The notes: generated by a model from the sequence alone, not told the origin. A stretch of DNA of 64,000 nt from Nemertoderma westbladi (GCA_032718475.1 JAUCBJ010006450.1:1-64000), one strand, 5' to 3'. Positions 1 to 12,942 are shown, numbered from the stretch's first letter. A program made the numbers and translations.

Positions 1-1274
1 AATTTAGAGGTAGTTTCAGGGAGCACAGGTGTGTCTATCACCGAAGGGGTGATTTCAAGAACAGGCCTAATTATCTCAGGCTCATCTACTATAGTAGGGA
101 GTCTTTCTATTTTAATTATTTGGTCTGTGGGCTCTGTACTACCTAAGTTGGTGTTATTTAGTTGCCTTCTAACAGCTGGAGGCAAATCAGGCAATTTCTG
201 ACGGTGGAATGTTCTTTTACGTCTACTTAGACGAGATCTATTTCCCTTGCCTTCAGTATCGGTGGTATCGCCTTCCTCAGATGATGTATATCCCTGTCTT
301 TTGGGAGTAGATCGATTCATCATCTGCATATTACTAGCTGTTAACTGTTTATTTATGCAGTCTTGATTCTCCTGAATGTTTTCCAATTCTAATTGGGTGG
401 TTTCTTCAGTCGCTCTCCGTTCGGCTTCTGCCACTGCCTCCGCCGCTTTTCTTTCCGCTTTGGCCACCGCCTCTGCTGCCGCTACTGCCGCTTTTGCCTC
501 TGCCGCTGCCACTGCCGCTGCCGCTTTTGTTTCTGCTTCTGCAGCTGCTACTGCTGCTGCTACTGCCGCTGCCTTTCTGTCTTCTATACGTTTTTTCTTT
601 ACTTGTTCTTCCTGGACTCGTGTGATGCGGAGTTGTTCATCAAATTTAGCCTGATTCGCAGCCCTCATTTCCACATCGATGGCATCCAACACAAGCTTGG
701 TTCCTTCACTATTAGGGCTAAGTCCCTCTAACCTTCTCCTCAACTCGTCATCACCTAAAAAACGTTGATAGTCTGACAGATAAATGTCAATGGCATCCCT
801 CTTATGCGGTTTCTCTGCCGTCGCTTCACTTTCCACTTGGGAAAAAGTAGCGTCTGTCGATTCTCCATGGGTTGATCGCTCCTCCAGCTGAGCTTTCCAC
901 TGAGCTGTTCCTTGAACCTGGAGACTCACCCGTTGAAACCAAGTCTTTACGGCAACTTGCAACGACGTGTCTTGTCTTCGTTTAGAAGCCTCCTCAAAGG
1001 CCGATAATATTAACCTGATTCGTAGAATTCTTTCTCTTACTTGATAAAGCAGCTGTCCCTGCTCTTGAGGTCCTTGAGGTTGTTGTAACAGTTGTTTTTC
1101 TACTCGCTCCATAGAGCTGAAGAATCCCTGTGCGTATCCGGCTGCGGACCTCTTCCACACAGCTGGATCGATGGTTTCCTCGGCTACTCCCATCCGGTGT
1201 ATGTCTTCCCAGGCAGCTTCGGATAAATCAAACGGGAGTCCGGGTCCGGGAAAGTTCCATTGCGACTCGACCAT
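1..1274 (-). CDS. 5' part of a long ORF running off the window start; probable Gag-like N-terminus of a second LTR retrotransposon
   Basis: Translated by hand from ATG (CAT at 1272-1274): MVESQWNFPGPGLPFDLSEAAW...; no stop before position 1. It has an Ala/Glu/Lys coiled-coil tract and a long AT-rich leader with repeats, similar in layout to the Bel/Pao gag region at 30-32 kb. No diagnostic domain is visible. Confidence 0.45.
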   Translation of the reverse strand, partial: MVESQWNFPGPGLPFDLSEAAWEDIHRMGVAEETIDPAVWKRSAAGYAQGFFSSMERVEKQLLQQPQGPQEQGQLLYQVRERILRIRLILSAFEEASKRRQDTSLQVAVKTWFQRVSLQVQGTAQWKAQLEERSTHGESTDATFSQVESEATAEKPHKRDAIDIYLSDYQRFLGDDELRRRLEGLSPNSEGTKLVLDAIDVEMRAANQAKFDEQLRITRVQEEQVKKKRIEDRKAAAVAAAVAAAEAETKAAAAVAAAEAKAAVAAAEAVAKAERKAAEAVAEAERRATEETTQLELENIQENQDCINKQLTASNMQMMNRSTPKRQGYTSSEEGDTTDTEGKGNRSRLSRRKRTFHRQKLPDLPPAVRRQLNNTNLGSTEPTDQIIKIERLPTIVDEPEIIRPVLEITPSVIDTPVLPETTSK

Positions 1275-2460
1275 GGACTTCAGTTCATAACTATAAAAGT
1301 ATTATTACAGACTAGGTTTATCACAGAATACCGGTATAATTTTAGCACAGATATATAGAAATATATAATAGGCCTATCGGGAATACCGGTATGCAGCTTA
1401 CAGTTTGTAGTATATATAATTCTGGACTAGAATTAATTACAAGTACCGGTATAATTTCAGCCTAAATTTATAGAAATAAAGATAATAGGCCTATCGTAAA
1501 TACCGGTATATCAATTATTTTAAATAATTGAATTTCTGAATTTTAGGGTTACTTGGTTACTTTACTTACTTTATTACCGCTATTTGAGCAGTAGACCAAC
1601 TGATATGGAGACCTAATGGTTGTATGGTAGGCCTACTATTTATAAATCGTTAGATTTGATTTATAATATATATATACCCGTTTTAATGGGTTTTGTCAAT
1701 GTTTGAAATAAATGTTATTATTTCTGGGGAGTAATCACTACACAAAGCGGTGCGCTTTCCGTGAAGTGTTACTTATAGGACACTAAAACAAATAATACTA
1801 ATTTACCTAAGTTACTTAATACTACAAATTACGTACAATTCGGGTGAGATTACAATCTCTAAATAAACACAAAAATTTACAAAAACACAAAATACGAATT
1901 TTTAGGGTAATTTTACAAGAAGTCTACAAACCAGCCTAACAAAGGGTTAGAAATCTGGTTATTACAACTGACAGGGTACTGCGGTATTTGAAAATAATAC
2001 TTAGTAGTAAGTACACTGCGTTGTCCAGATAGGAAAATACCACCGCCTGACGACCTATAGCCGTATCGCTATAGGTACTACGTTATGTATCACGGAGTGT
2101 TCCTACCTAGAAGTTAATAGAGCTAATCGAAAGTGCCTATCAACCACTTTACAACACGAATGTAATGCCTACACTAATTACTTTCGGAAAGCACTGTACA
2201 CTAAACCCTAAATTAGGTACGAGTACTTGTACAACAGATAATCAGTAGTTAAATATACTTGAACAGCTAAAAGAACCACGGCATCTGCTGGAGTGACCGA
2301 TGCACAAAATCACCAGTCTTTACCTACGCCAAGCAGCCCGTGTAGTACCGGGTTAATTTAACTATAGCGGTATGTATAACAAACACAATTACTGTAGGAA
2401 CAAACTTGGGGAATGAATGTTGCGAATAATCGCATAAACTCTGAATAATAAATATTACGC

Positions 2461-3015
2461 TACGCGTACAAACTACTCAAACAAAATGCAGACCGAACAC
2501 TGACAGACTACTATCAAGCCTAAACAAACTACGGTATATGCAGACTCCGAAATAATTAGGTAGTATGCGTTCTAACCCAGTAGTACGACTTATTCTTTAG
2601 TTGGGGGTTTACCTTACAGCATTCGCTGCCCCTACTTCCTAACCGTTCTTTATCGGACAAGTGATCTACACACGCTGCAATCCGTTCAGACCTAATAACA
2701 GCCAGACAACTATCCAGCCTACAAATTATCTAAATAAATATTATACGCTACCCGTACAGACTTACACAAACAAAGTACAGACTAAACGATGGCAGACTAC
2801 TCTCAAGCCTAAATAAACTACAGGACATGCAGACTCCGAAATGATTAGGTAGTATGCGTTCTAACCCAGTAGTACGACTTATTCTTTAGTTGGGGGTTTA
2901 CCTTACAGCATTCGCTGCCCCTACTTCCTCACCGTTCTTTATCGGACAGGTGATCTACACACACTGCAATCCGTTCAGACCTAACAGCAATCAGACAACA
3001 GTTCAACCTACAAAT
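2461..3015. repeat. ~290 bp tandem duplication in the leader upstream of the 1-1274 ORF
   Basis: TGCAGACTCCGAAAT...GGGGGTTTACCTTACAGCATTCGCTGCCCC occurs at ~2538 and ~2828. Confidence 0.85.
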
Positions 3016-5185
3016 TGTCTGCACAATCTGATCAGGCTTATACGCCTTCTGCTCAATACTGGCCTACAAATAAATAAAACTGACAGAAATAGGCCTAAGT
3101 AAAATCCCAATATAAACCAGGCGTCCCCGATTAATTATTAAGACCTACCGGCATATATAATCAAATCGAATAATACTGCTGTACCTGTACTGTAAGTACC
3201 GGTTCGGACAGTTGAGCCTACGGACGTACAGAGGTACCGGTTCTGGCAGTTGGACCTACGGGCCTACAGCAGTACCGGTTCTGTCAGTTGGGCCTACTGA
3301 CCTACAGATACACCGTTCAGGTTTACCGGTTGACCGGTACTTTCAACTTTATTGCTTACTGCAATAAAGAAGCTATATCCGTTATTGTTCGCGCTTTCAG
3401 ACCTTTGGCAGTTTAACCCGCCAAATTAGGATGTCTTCTAGATAATAAATCACCTTTAGCCTATGACAAGTATTTAATTCACTACACTAGTCGAAACCAA
3501 TCTGTGCGCGATCATTCACCCGCTGGATATACCCGGGAGATTGGGTTCGACGGCTTAATCTTATTGCTATGTAAGCCTAATGTATTATTCGACTGACAGT
3601 ATTATATAATCTCTGACAATATTATTCACCTTCGGGGAATATTAACAGTTCCTTTAGGACGTGGCGCTCTATCTATATAAACAGAGTTATGACTTAAACT
3701 ACTCACAACGATATGGCTTAGTTATAATTCACATATATGGCGCATTCTTTAGGAAATGCTTCGATATCAGTCTCACTCATACACAATGCTGCACAATACT
3801 GCACACTGATCTGCCGATCTTCACTGATTTTAGTTATATATAAAAGGAACACGGACTGACTCATGTAGGGTCTATCAAATAACATTAGATTCACTTCAAA
3901 CCTCTTTAACATAAGTCACAATCGTTATATGTAACCTTTCTCTCTTACCTTCGGTATATCAAGAATATTGGGTTTCGGGGTTATTTATCGTTATTCCAAA
4001 TATAATAATTCATCAACCATATTATGAAGAACTGACAGTAAATAGCAGTATAACAATATACAAGTATGCACAGTGATTCAGTGTGTTCATTAGTTTGTTA
4101 TGTTTGTTTTGTTGATAACGGATATATGCCCTTTATAATTAAGCCTACTAGTGTTAGACTAAAACAGAAAGCACAAAATATTTACAAGCCGTTCTCTCCT
4201 GGCTCAGGAAAGAAAGACCAACAACACTGAAAACTGATAAGAATAACCTTATTTACAAAGGCTTCCACCCAACACAGAGAAAGAGCATACAGATAGGAAA
4301 ATTCAGTTCAGTAGATCTGTGATAGGTCGAAATCAAAATCAACTCAAATCCTATAGGCAGATACTTTCCCAAGCTGGTTGGACAATCAAACGTAGCCCAG
4401 ATCCCTTCGCACAGCGAATCAGCCAATCAGCCGGTAGCTTGCGCTATTCGAGTTATAGATCCCTTTTTAGAGTATTCTAGCGACTGGGGGGAACTGGTTA
4501 GCAAGGCAAACGAATCAGTTATCCCACAAAAGCTTTTACACAAACTTTGATCAATGTTTGATCAAAGTTTGATCAATGTTTGATCAAAGGAATGCTTTTT
4601 GATAGCGGGACTGTATACCCCATACACATTTTAATCTACAATCTACATACAATTTTAAATACCGGTAATCAAGGTACGAGAACTAGAGACATTCTTTTTA
4701 ACCTACATACAAATTTTAAATTCATCCTGTAATTTTAATTAATTGGTACTATAAATTAAATGATTACAGTGATTTTAATGTGATTATACGCGTGATTTTA
4801 AGCGTAATTTTAATGTGATTTTAAGCGTAATTTTAAAGTGATTTTAGGATGATTTTGAAGTGATTTTAACTGTTTAAGAGTGATTTTAACTTTTAACTTA
4901 CCTTTAGCCTGCATACTGTCAGACTGTACATTCCAGCATTCATAAATTTGATTCGTGATTTTAATTAAATTGTGTTACCGAGCTTTTAACCTACATACTT
5001 ATTCTTTTTAAAATTAAATTTCTGATTTTAACTACTGAACTAAGTCGGTAGGCCTAGATGTTGTGCCTTGTGTTAAATACTTTCAGTTTGTCGTGTAGGC
5101 CTATATCTTCTGATCTTAAACAGTTGTTGTTTCGTTCCTATAGGCCTACTATATTATGTATTACAGATACAGTATTAGTCCTCAA

Positions 5186-5548
5186 TAGGGCTCGATCGGA
5201 GCTCCGGCTCCGGCCATTTTGGCACCTCCGGCTCCTGCTCCGGCTCCGGTAAAAATATTGCCGGGGTTAATTTTTTAATAAAGTATTAGGCTATATTTCG
5301 TGCATATTCTAATCTGAACAATTATTTACACTATAAGTACTGTCAGACTGTAGTCTGGTAGTACAGCTTCAATATCCAGCAGTCCAGCATAATACTGCAG
5401 TATTTATTTACTTAAAGTCAATGACTGACTGACTGTTGACTGTACTGCAGTACCAGTCTGCCAGTACTGCAGTACTGGTACTGGCTCCGGCTCCGGCCAA
5501 ATTGTCCAACTCCGGCTCCGGCCAAATCCCAACTCCGATCGAGCCCTA
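5186..5548. mobile_element. hAT-type MITE (363 bp)
   Basis: TIR TAGGGCTCGATCGGAG / CTCCGATCGAGCCCTA; 8-bp TSD GTCCTCAA at 5178-5185 and 5549-5556; subterminal GGCTCC repeats. Confidence 0.9.
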
Positions 5549-5712
5549 GTCCTCAATAAATAATCTCAATCTCAAGGAACCAAAACAATAAACGATTTGA
5601 AAAAATATATATATTATAATTTTTTGAGTTATTTGTTGTGATTTGGGTGTTTAGTCTGTTAGTAGACGGACCGCGGACTGTAGTGTCTGAGTATACCGGT
5701 TCCGTTAGTATC

Positions 5713-6238
5713 AGTCGGGGAGAAGTTCAAATTTCAACTGAATTGAAATTTAAAACTTTTGTTTTTAAATTCAACTTTTAAGTTGTAAGTAAATTCAACT
5801 CTAAAATGGCAGGAGGCCCAGTCCCAGAAGGGCCCTAGGACGTTACAGAAGGGGTGTTTTTATTGTTTTTATGGGTAAAACTCGAAAAATCAACCCTCAT
5901 TACCGATGGAATAAAAACATTCACCGTCGGGATTACAGTTTTTAAAATCATTTGAAGTGATTACATTTGTAAATTAGCTGAAATACTACAGGAATTCATT
6001 AGATATATTAAATTACCGTACCTCTATATGTCATAATTATTATACAATCTGACAATGGAATACCAGTAATGGATTCCAATTCCATATTTCAGTATTTCCA
6101 AACCTACTCCAAAAGTTGAATTTTAAAAAAAGTTGAATTTTAAACCCTTCTCCAAAAGTTGAATTTTAATAAAAAGTTGAATTTTGAAAAATAAAGTTGA
6201 AATTTCAACTCAGTTGAAAATAGAACTTCTTCCCGACT
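5713..6238. mobile_element. Non-autonomous TIR element (MITE)
   Basis: Inverted ends AGTCGGGGAGAAGTTC / GAACTTCTTCCCGACT and AAAGTTGAATTTT subterminal repeats; a partial second copy of the right half lies at ~41858-42028. Confidence 0.75.
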
Positions 6239-6288
6239 CCCCTGCCCTGAGCCTGTGGTTCAGGTGGTTTATTTTTAAAAAAATCGCA

Positions 6289-6988
6289 GTGTCCCACTTT
6301 ACCCCGAGTGGGGTAAATTGGGACATCCGGCCGGGGTAAAGTGTGGGACATGAGGCATTGTTAGTGTTAGTGTTAGTTAGTCAAGTTCAGAAGTTAGATT
6401 AAGATTAGGGCCTATGACAGTATGAGTTGAAATAGCAGTATGAATATGAGTAGTTAAGACCAGTATGAGCTAGGCCTAATAACTAAATGCAATAGTAGCT
6501 ATAAAAGCTATAAAACTCAACAATCGCAGAGAAAAATCATCTAGGCATTATCAGATTATTCATGTTATTTACGGAGTTACACCTATATACATCTATCAAG
6601 GTAAAACTACAAATCTGTGTAGGCCTAACTCAAAAACGATCAGGAATTTGGACATTTGGACTTGTTCTACACCCACTAAATCGATGATTGCGATTCTAAT
6701 GCATATAATACTGTAATATCGAAGAAAATGAATGATAGGAAGTGTCCTAACTTTAAAGTCAGAAAGTGTATACACGCTTAACAAATTGCTTTCATCGCTT
6801 GATCTTGATCTCATCATATGTGCTATATAACAATGTAACATTTAGTTTCTCAATTAAAAATATATTAAAACAGACCTAAAAGTGTTCTTTAAAAAAAAAT
6901 TGGCCAAAAATATGCATGTCCCATTTTACCCCGACATGGCATCATGTCCCATTTTACCCCATGTCCCATTTTACCCCGTCTTACCCTA
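6289..6988. mobile_element. MITE remnant with GGGGTAAA.TGGGACA subterminal repeats
   Basis: GGGGTAAAnTGGGACA copies at ~6310-6350 are inverted relative to TGTCCCATTTTACCCC copies at ~6917-6977; the left terminus is unclear. Confidence 0.55.
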
Positions 6989-7246
6989 GCACCTAGGCCT
7001 ATAATACTGTAATACAGTAATATGTTAATAACATAGGCTACCGGAAACTGAAATAGTCCTCAAGTCCTGTAGTCAGTCATACCATACAATCATACTACAG
7101 TACTAGGCAGCTAGGCCCCTAGTCAACTAGTTACTGAGTTATTATACAGTTATAAATTTGTGTATTATTAATCGCTTATTGTTATTCACCTACAACTGAC
7201 AACTACGATTCCATTCAACTGTATATGTAGAATCTTCAATCGCAAA

Positions 7247-7800
7247 ATGAGCGGCCGCAAGAATAACAAAAATCGACCTACAAGTGCCGCTAACCGGCGT
7301 AAAGGTAACGCGAATACCCCGTATACGCCGGTGGATATATACGACGGGGTGTATGCGAACCCGTTCTTTGTTCACGCTGTTATTATTTATTATTTTATTA
7401 GTATCCAGTGTAGGAACGGCGCTTCTTACGAGGGAGTTTACCGTACGTTGGGCCCAAAGTGTCAGTTCTTAGTGGAGATGGTACACATAATCGATCCAGA
7501 TGATCCGAAAGCTCTTCCTAATAAGATGACGTTAGCCGAGACGGTTGTATTTATGTCCCAGGATGTTGTCACTATGACCGCCCTCTCTGTAGACCTCAAC
7601 TACGCTCTTAAAGATAGCTTTACGGACTCGGCGCTTAGCGGAATCACTGGGGACGTGAACAGCTGTTCGTTGAACGGCGAGCGGGAGTTGACACCCTGTG
7701 ATCTGGGTACCTCGCAGCCTCGTGCGGGTCGGCTGGGGATGTGGATGTCGCGTTGGATGGGGGACAGGATAACGGGTGGGACCCCGATGAAATGTTTAAA
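7247..7800 (+). pseudogene. ATXN2: Ataxin-2-like pseudogene fragment (LSm domain and start of LSmAD)
   Basis: DGVYANPFFVH...RNGASYEGVYRTLGPKC...KDSFTDSALSG...NGERELTP, then after a frameshift DGGQDNGWDPDEMFK. These match ataxin-2 motifs (GIYAN, YEGVFKT, DAFTDSAIS, NGWDPNDMF). Truncated at ~7800. Confidence 0.85.
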
Positions 7801-10800
7801 AGGAGGTTTTACAACTAGTTTACAACTAGTTTACTAGTACAACTAGTTTACAACAAGGTTTTACAACGGTTTTACAAGGCTACGTCAACAAAATAAGTCA
7901 TTGAGGGCTATAGCACCTAGGGCACCATTGAAGGCAAAGGCTTGATACGCATCTGCATTAGAGAGATGATACAAGCCCCGCCATGTCTATACTGGATGCT
8001 CCTCTACCAGTGTTAGGTAACCTAACCCAGGACGCACACTTGGTTCAGGGTGTAACAAAAGGACCCCTACAGTCGGCAGCAGGGCTGTAGGCCATGGATA
8101 CTGGGATAGGCGTAAGATAATCAACCAACGGCTAGACATGCTGGCTGACAAGGTCGGTGGAAGGTAATCAACCAACGGCGACCTACTGCGAAGACGCTTG
8201 TAGGAGTTGCGACCACAAGCGGTTTACTCCCGCAACTGAAAGATATGAGTATGAGAACCCTCCAGGAGAAATACCGGCTCGGTCGTCACCCGGGTCAACA
8301 AGGACCGCGTCCCTCAGTTGTACACCAGGCTGGGGTCGATAAATTGGCTACTGGAACAGAACACAGAGAAGAAAGAAGAACCAACCTGTTGAAATGTAAA
8401 AAGACACTAAAGATTGCTACAATGAACGCACGCTGAAAGCACATACCAAACAGGGTGACATGGTCGCTCTGGCAATGGAATATAACATCGACATCATCTG
8501 CATCCAAGAACATCGGATTTGTCATGAAGACACTGCCATGAAGTACAATGACATTGGAAATGGATGTAACAAGCTCAGCAGTAAGAAACTCGGCCAATGC
8601 ATCAATTGGTGGAGTAGGAATTCTGCTAAGCCCATTTGCACTTAAGACCCTAAACAACATCGAATCTATAAATTCCAGGGTTATGATCGCAACATTTGAT
8701 GGGAATCCCAAGGCAACAGTTATATGTTGCTACAGTCCAACCAATGCCTCAGAGCCAGAACAAGCAGTCAAGTTTTATGAAGAACTGACTGGACTTAGAA
8801 GTAGGCCTACATTCCGAAACACAATGTTAAAGTCATTGCTGGTGACCTGAATGCGCAAATTGGCCCAGAAGACATCAAGGGTTACATCTATAACACCAGT
8901 TCTAACAGAAATGGGTACTTACTTTTAGACCTAATGGAAGAATGTGAATTGATACCAACAAACAACACATTCGAAAAGAGTAAGGGGAAGCTATGGACCT
9001 TTCAATACCCTAATGGAACCAAAGCACAACTGGATTACATCCTTATAAACAAAAAGAGGAGAAACAGCATGATCAACTGCGAGGCATACAGCTCGTTCAA
9101 CCTAATTGGTTCGGACCACAGAATTGTGACTGCAGAGATCAGACTCAGTTTGAGAGCCAGCAAACCCAGGACAAACAAGCAAATCAAATATGACTGGGAG
9201 TAACTCAGAACTGACAATGCTGTAAAGGAGGCTTATACAGTAGAAGTTCAAAACCGCTTTGAAGCACTTCAGTCAATGGATGAAGACCAATCCACCAATT
9301 CAATATACCAGAATATAATAACAGCCCACAAGGAATCAGCTAAGAGGCATATCCCCCAGAAACCCAAACGAAAACAGTATGTGCCATGGCAAAACTCTGA
9401 GGTTACTTGTAAGAGAGAAGATCTTAAGATAGCCTACAAAGTTAAAACCGAACAACCAACAACCGAAAACATTAACAAGGTTGAGAAAGCTAAGGACGAT
9501 CTTAAATTGGCCTACAACATCAGCCAGGAAAAGTACATACAGGATAAAACTGAAGCAATTACAACTGCTCACATACAGCTAGGGATGTCCCGGAATTCCG
9601 TTCCGGCCGGAATTCCGGCTGTTTTTGCCCGATTCCGGTTCCGGCCGGAATTGCCGGAATGGGGTCAATTCCGGCCGGAATTTTACCGGAATTACCAGGT
9701 TCCTAACTAGTTTGATAGTTGCAATTAGTTTGTTAAATTATTATCAACATTTATAATATTATTTAAACATTATTACCAATTATATCGTTTAAGATACTTT
9801 TCAACACTTGTAAAAAAGTATAGTACAAAAAGTATAGTTTTCTTCGACCGTTAGAGCTCTAACATTTAAGGATGAAAGACATAGATGCCCCTTGGTTAGT
9901 CCCTTCAAACCATTCGTGCCGAATCGAAAACTGCCTTGGACCACATGCGGGGATCGAACCCACGACCTCCAGAGAGATGGGAATTCAATGCAACCACTTC
10001 ACCAAGGTGGAACCTAACTAACCTATCTAACGAGGGAAAATTCACAGCCACCCCGTTTTTTACAGTGAATGCAGTCTTGATGGGAATGTAACACATTTCC
10101 AAAAAAAATTCACCTGGTATTCAAACTAAAGTGGTCCCACCTTGTGTTACACCACTTACTGTAGTATTCATATACAATTCAATCAAAAATTTAAAAGGAG
10201 GTTTTACAACTAGTTTACAACTAGTTTACTAGTACAACTAGTTTACAACAAGGTTTTACAACTACCTAGTGCTACGTCAACTAAATAAGTCATTGAGGGC
10301 TATAGCACCTAGGGCACCATTGAAGGCAAAGGCTTGATACGCATCTGCATTAGAGATATGATACAAGCCCCGCCATGTCTATACTGGATGCTCCTCTACC
10401 AGTGTTAGGTAACCTAACCCAGGACGCACACTTGGTTCAGGGTGTAACAAAAGGACCCCTACAGTCGGCAGCAGGGCTGTAGGCCATGGATACTGGGATA
10501 GGCGTAAGATAATCAACCAACGGCTAGACATGCTGGCTGACAAGATCGGTGGAAGGTAATCAACCAACGGCGACCTACTGCGAAGACGCTTGTAGGAGTT
10601 GCGACCACAAGCGGTTTACTCCCGCAACTGAAAGATATGAGTATGAGAACCCTCCAGGAGAAATACCGGCTCGGTCGTCACCCGGGTCAACAAGGACCGC
10701 GTCCCTCAGTTGTACACCAGGCTGGGGTCGATAAATTGGCTACTGGAACAGAACACAGAGAAGAAAGAAGAACCAACCTGTTGAAATGTAAAAAGACACT

Positions 10801-12586
10801 AAAGATTGCTACAATGAACGCACGCACGCTGAAAGCACATACCAAACAGGGTGACATGGTCGCTCTGGCAATGGAATATAACATCGACATCATCTGCATC
10901 CAAGAACATCGGATTTGTCAAGAAGACACTGCCATGAAGTACAATGACATTGGAAATGGATGTAACAAGCTCAGCAGTAAGAAACTCGGCCAATGCATCA
11001 ATTGGTGGAGTAGGAATTCTGCTAAGCCCATTTGCACTTAAGACCCTAAACAACATTGAATCTATAAATTCTAGGGTTATGATCGCAACATTTGATGGGA
11101 ATCCCAAGGCAACAGTTATATGTTGCTACAGTCCAACCAATGCCTCAGAGCCAGAACAAGCAGTCAAGTTTTATGAAGAACTGACTGGACTTAGAAAGTA
11201 GGCCTACATTCCGAAACACAATGTTAAAGTCATTGCTGGTGACCTGAATGCGCAAATTGGCCCAGAAGACATCAAGGGTTACATCTATAACACCAGTTCT
11301 AACAGAAATGGGTACTTACTTTTAGACCTAATGGAAGAATGTGAATTGATACCAACAAACAACACATTCGAAAAGAGTAAGGGGAAGCTATGGACCTTTC
11401 AATACCCTAATGGAACCAAAGCACAACTGGATTACATCCTTATAAACAAAAAGAGGAGAAACAGCATGATCAACTGCGAGGCATACAGCTCGTTCAACCT
11501 AATTGGTTCGGACCACAGAATTGTGACTGCAGAGATCAGACTCAGTTTGAGAGCCAGCAAACCCAGGACAAACAAGCAAATCAAATATGACTGGGAGTAA
11601 CTCAGAACTGACAATGCTGTAAAGGAGGCTTATACAGTAGAAGTTCAAAACCGCTTTGAAGCACTTCAGTCAATGGATGAAGACCAATCCACCAATTCAA
11701 TATACCAGAATATAATAACAGCCCACAAGGAATCAGCTAAGAGGCATATCCCCCAGAAACCCAAACGAAAACAGTATGTGCCATGGCAAAACTCTGAGGT
11801 TACTTGTAAGAGAGAAGATCTTAAGATAGCCTACAAAGTTAAAACCGAACAACCAACAACCGAAAACATTAACAAGGTTGAGAAAGCTAAGGATGATCTT
11901 AAATTGGCCTACAACATCAGCCAGGAAAAGTACATACAGGATAAAACTGAAGCAATTACAACTGCTCACATACAGCTAGGGATGTCCCGGAATTCCGTTC
12001 CGGACGGAATTCCGGCTGTTTTTGCCCGATTCCGGTTCCGGCCGGAATTGCCGGAATGGGGTCAATTCCGGCCGGAATTTTACCGGAATTACCAGGTTCC
12101 TAACTAGTTTGATAGTTGCAATTAGTTTGTTAAATTATTATCAACATTTATAATATTATTTAAACATTATTACCAATTATATCGTTTAAGATACTTTTCA
12201 ACACTTGTAAAAAAGTATAGTACAAAAAGTATAGTTTTCTTCGACCGTTAGAGCTCTAACATTTAAGGATGAAAGACATAGATGCCCATTGGTTAGTCCC
12301 TTCAAACCATTCGTGCCGAATCGAAAACTGCCTTGGACCACATGCGGGGATCGAACCCACGACCTCCAGAGAGATGGGAATTCAATGCAACCACTTCACC
12401 AAGGTGGAACCTAACTAACCTATCTAACGAGGGAAAATTCACAGCCACCCCGTTTTTTACAGTGAATGCAGTCTTGATGGGAATGTAACACATTTCCAAA
12501 AAAAATTCACCTGGTATTCAAACTAAAGTGGTCCCACCTTGTGTTACACCACTTACTGTAGTATTCATATACAATTCAATCAAAAT
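7795..12586. repeat. Head-to-tail tandem duplication of ~2.4 kb (7795-10189 / 10190-12586)
   Basis: The two copies are nearly identical, each with a LINE 5' end plus MITE; the ORF track repeats at an offset of ~2392-2397. Confidence 0.95.
7900..9579 (+). mobile_element. RTE-like LINE (LINE A), duplicated 5' part with AP endonuclease, disrupted
   Basis: APE motifs IATMNART, ICIQEHR, GGVGILL, CYSPTN, AGDLNA, QLDYILIN, GSDHRIV, with frameshifts and stops. Confidence 0.9.
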
Positions 12587-12607
12587 ATCGATTCCGGGAC
12601 ATCCGTA
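11977..12607. mobile_element. hAT-type MITE in LINE A (truncated duplicate at 9580-10189)
   Basis: TIR TAGGGATGTCCCGGAAT / ATTCCGGGACATCCGTA; 8-bp TSD CATACAGC at 11969-11976 and 12608-12615. Confidence 0.9.
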
Positions 12608-12942
12608 CATACAGCAACAATCAAGACTTACCTGGCAAACTGTAAATGAGGTATCTGGTCGGAAAAGTTGTGCAAAGGGGCGCCTCAAAGCCGATAGTCC
12701 TGAAGAACGTGTTGGGAAGTGGAAAAACCACTTCAGCAATTTGCTTGGGCAGATCCACCAAACAACGCGACATGACAAGACACTACCTATAGAAACAGGG
12801 GACTTCACACCTGCCGAACTGCAAAGAAGCATTAAAAGTATGTCCAATAATAAAGCGAGTGGATTAGATGAAATCCCAGCGGAGGTATGGAAAACCGGAG
12901 TGCTAAACAGACCATTATTGAATGTTTGCAACCGGATGTTAA

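Noticed and set aside
376-731. Ala-rich and Cys-rich + strand ORFs
   Set aside because: They are antisense shadows of the Ala-rich tract in the minus-strand ORF.
7900-8245. Possible self-cleaving ribozyme in the LINE 5' UTR (hairpins GGCTTG..CAAGCC and AGTTGCG..CGCAACT)
   Set aside because: I could not fit HDV, twister or hammerhead cores by eye; it would need an Infernal or RNArobo search.
9947-9972. tRNA-like T-arm (GGTCGTGGGTTCGATCCCC on the minus strand; also ~12345-12368)
   Set aside because: No complete cloverleaf; at most a SINE-derived fragment inside a MITE.
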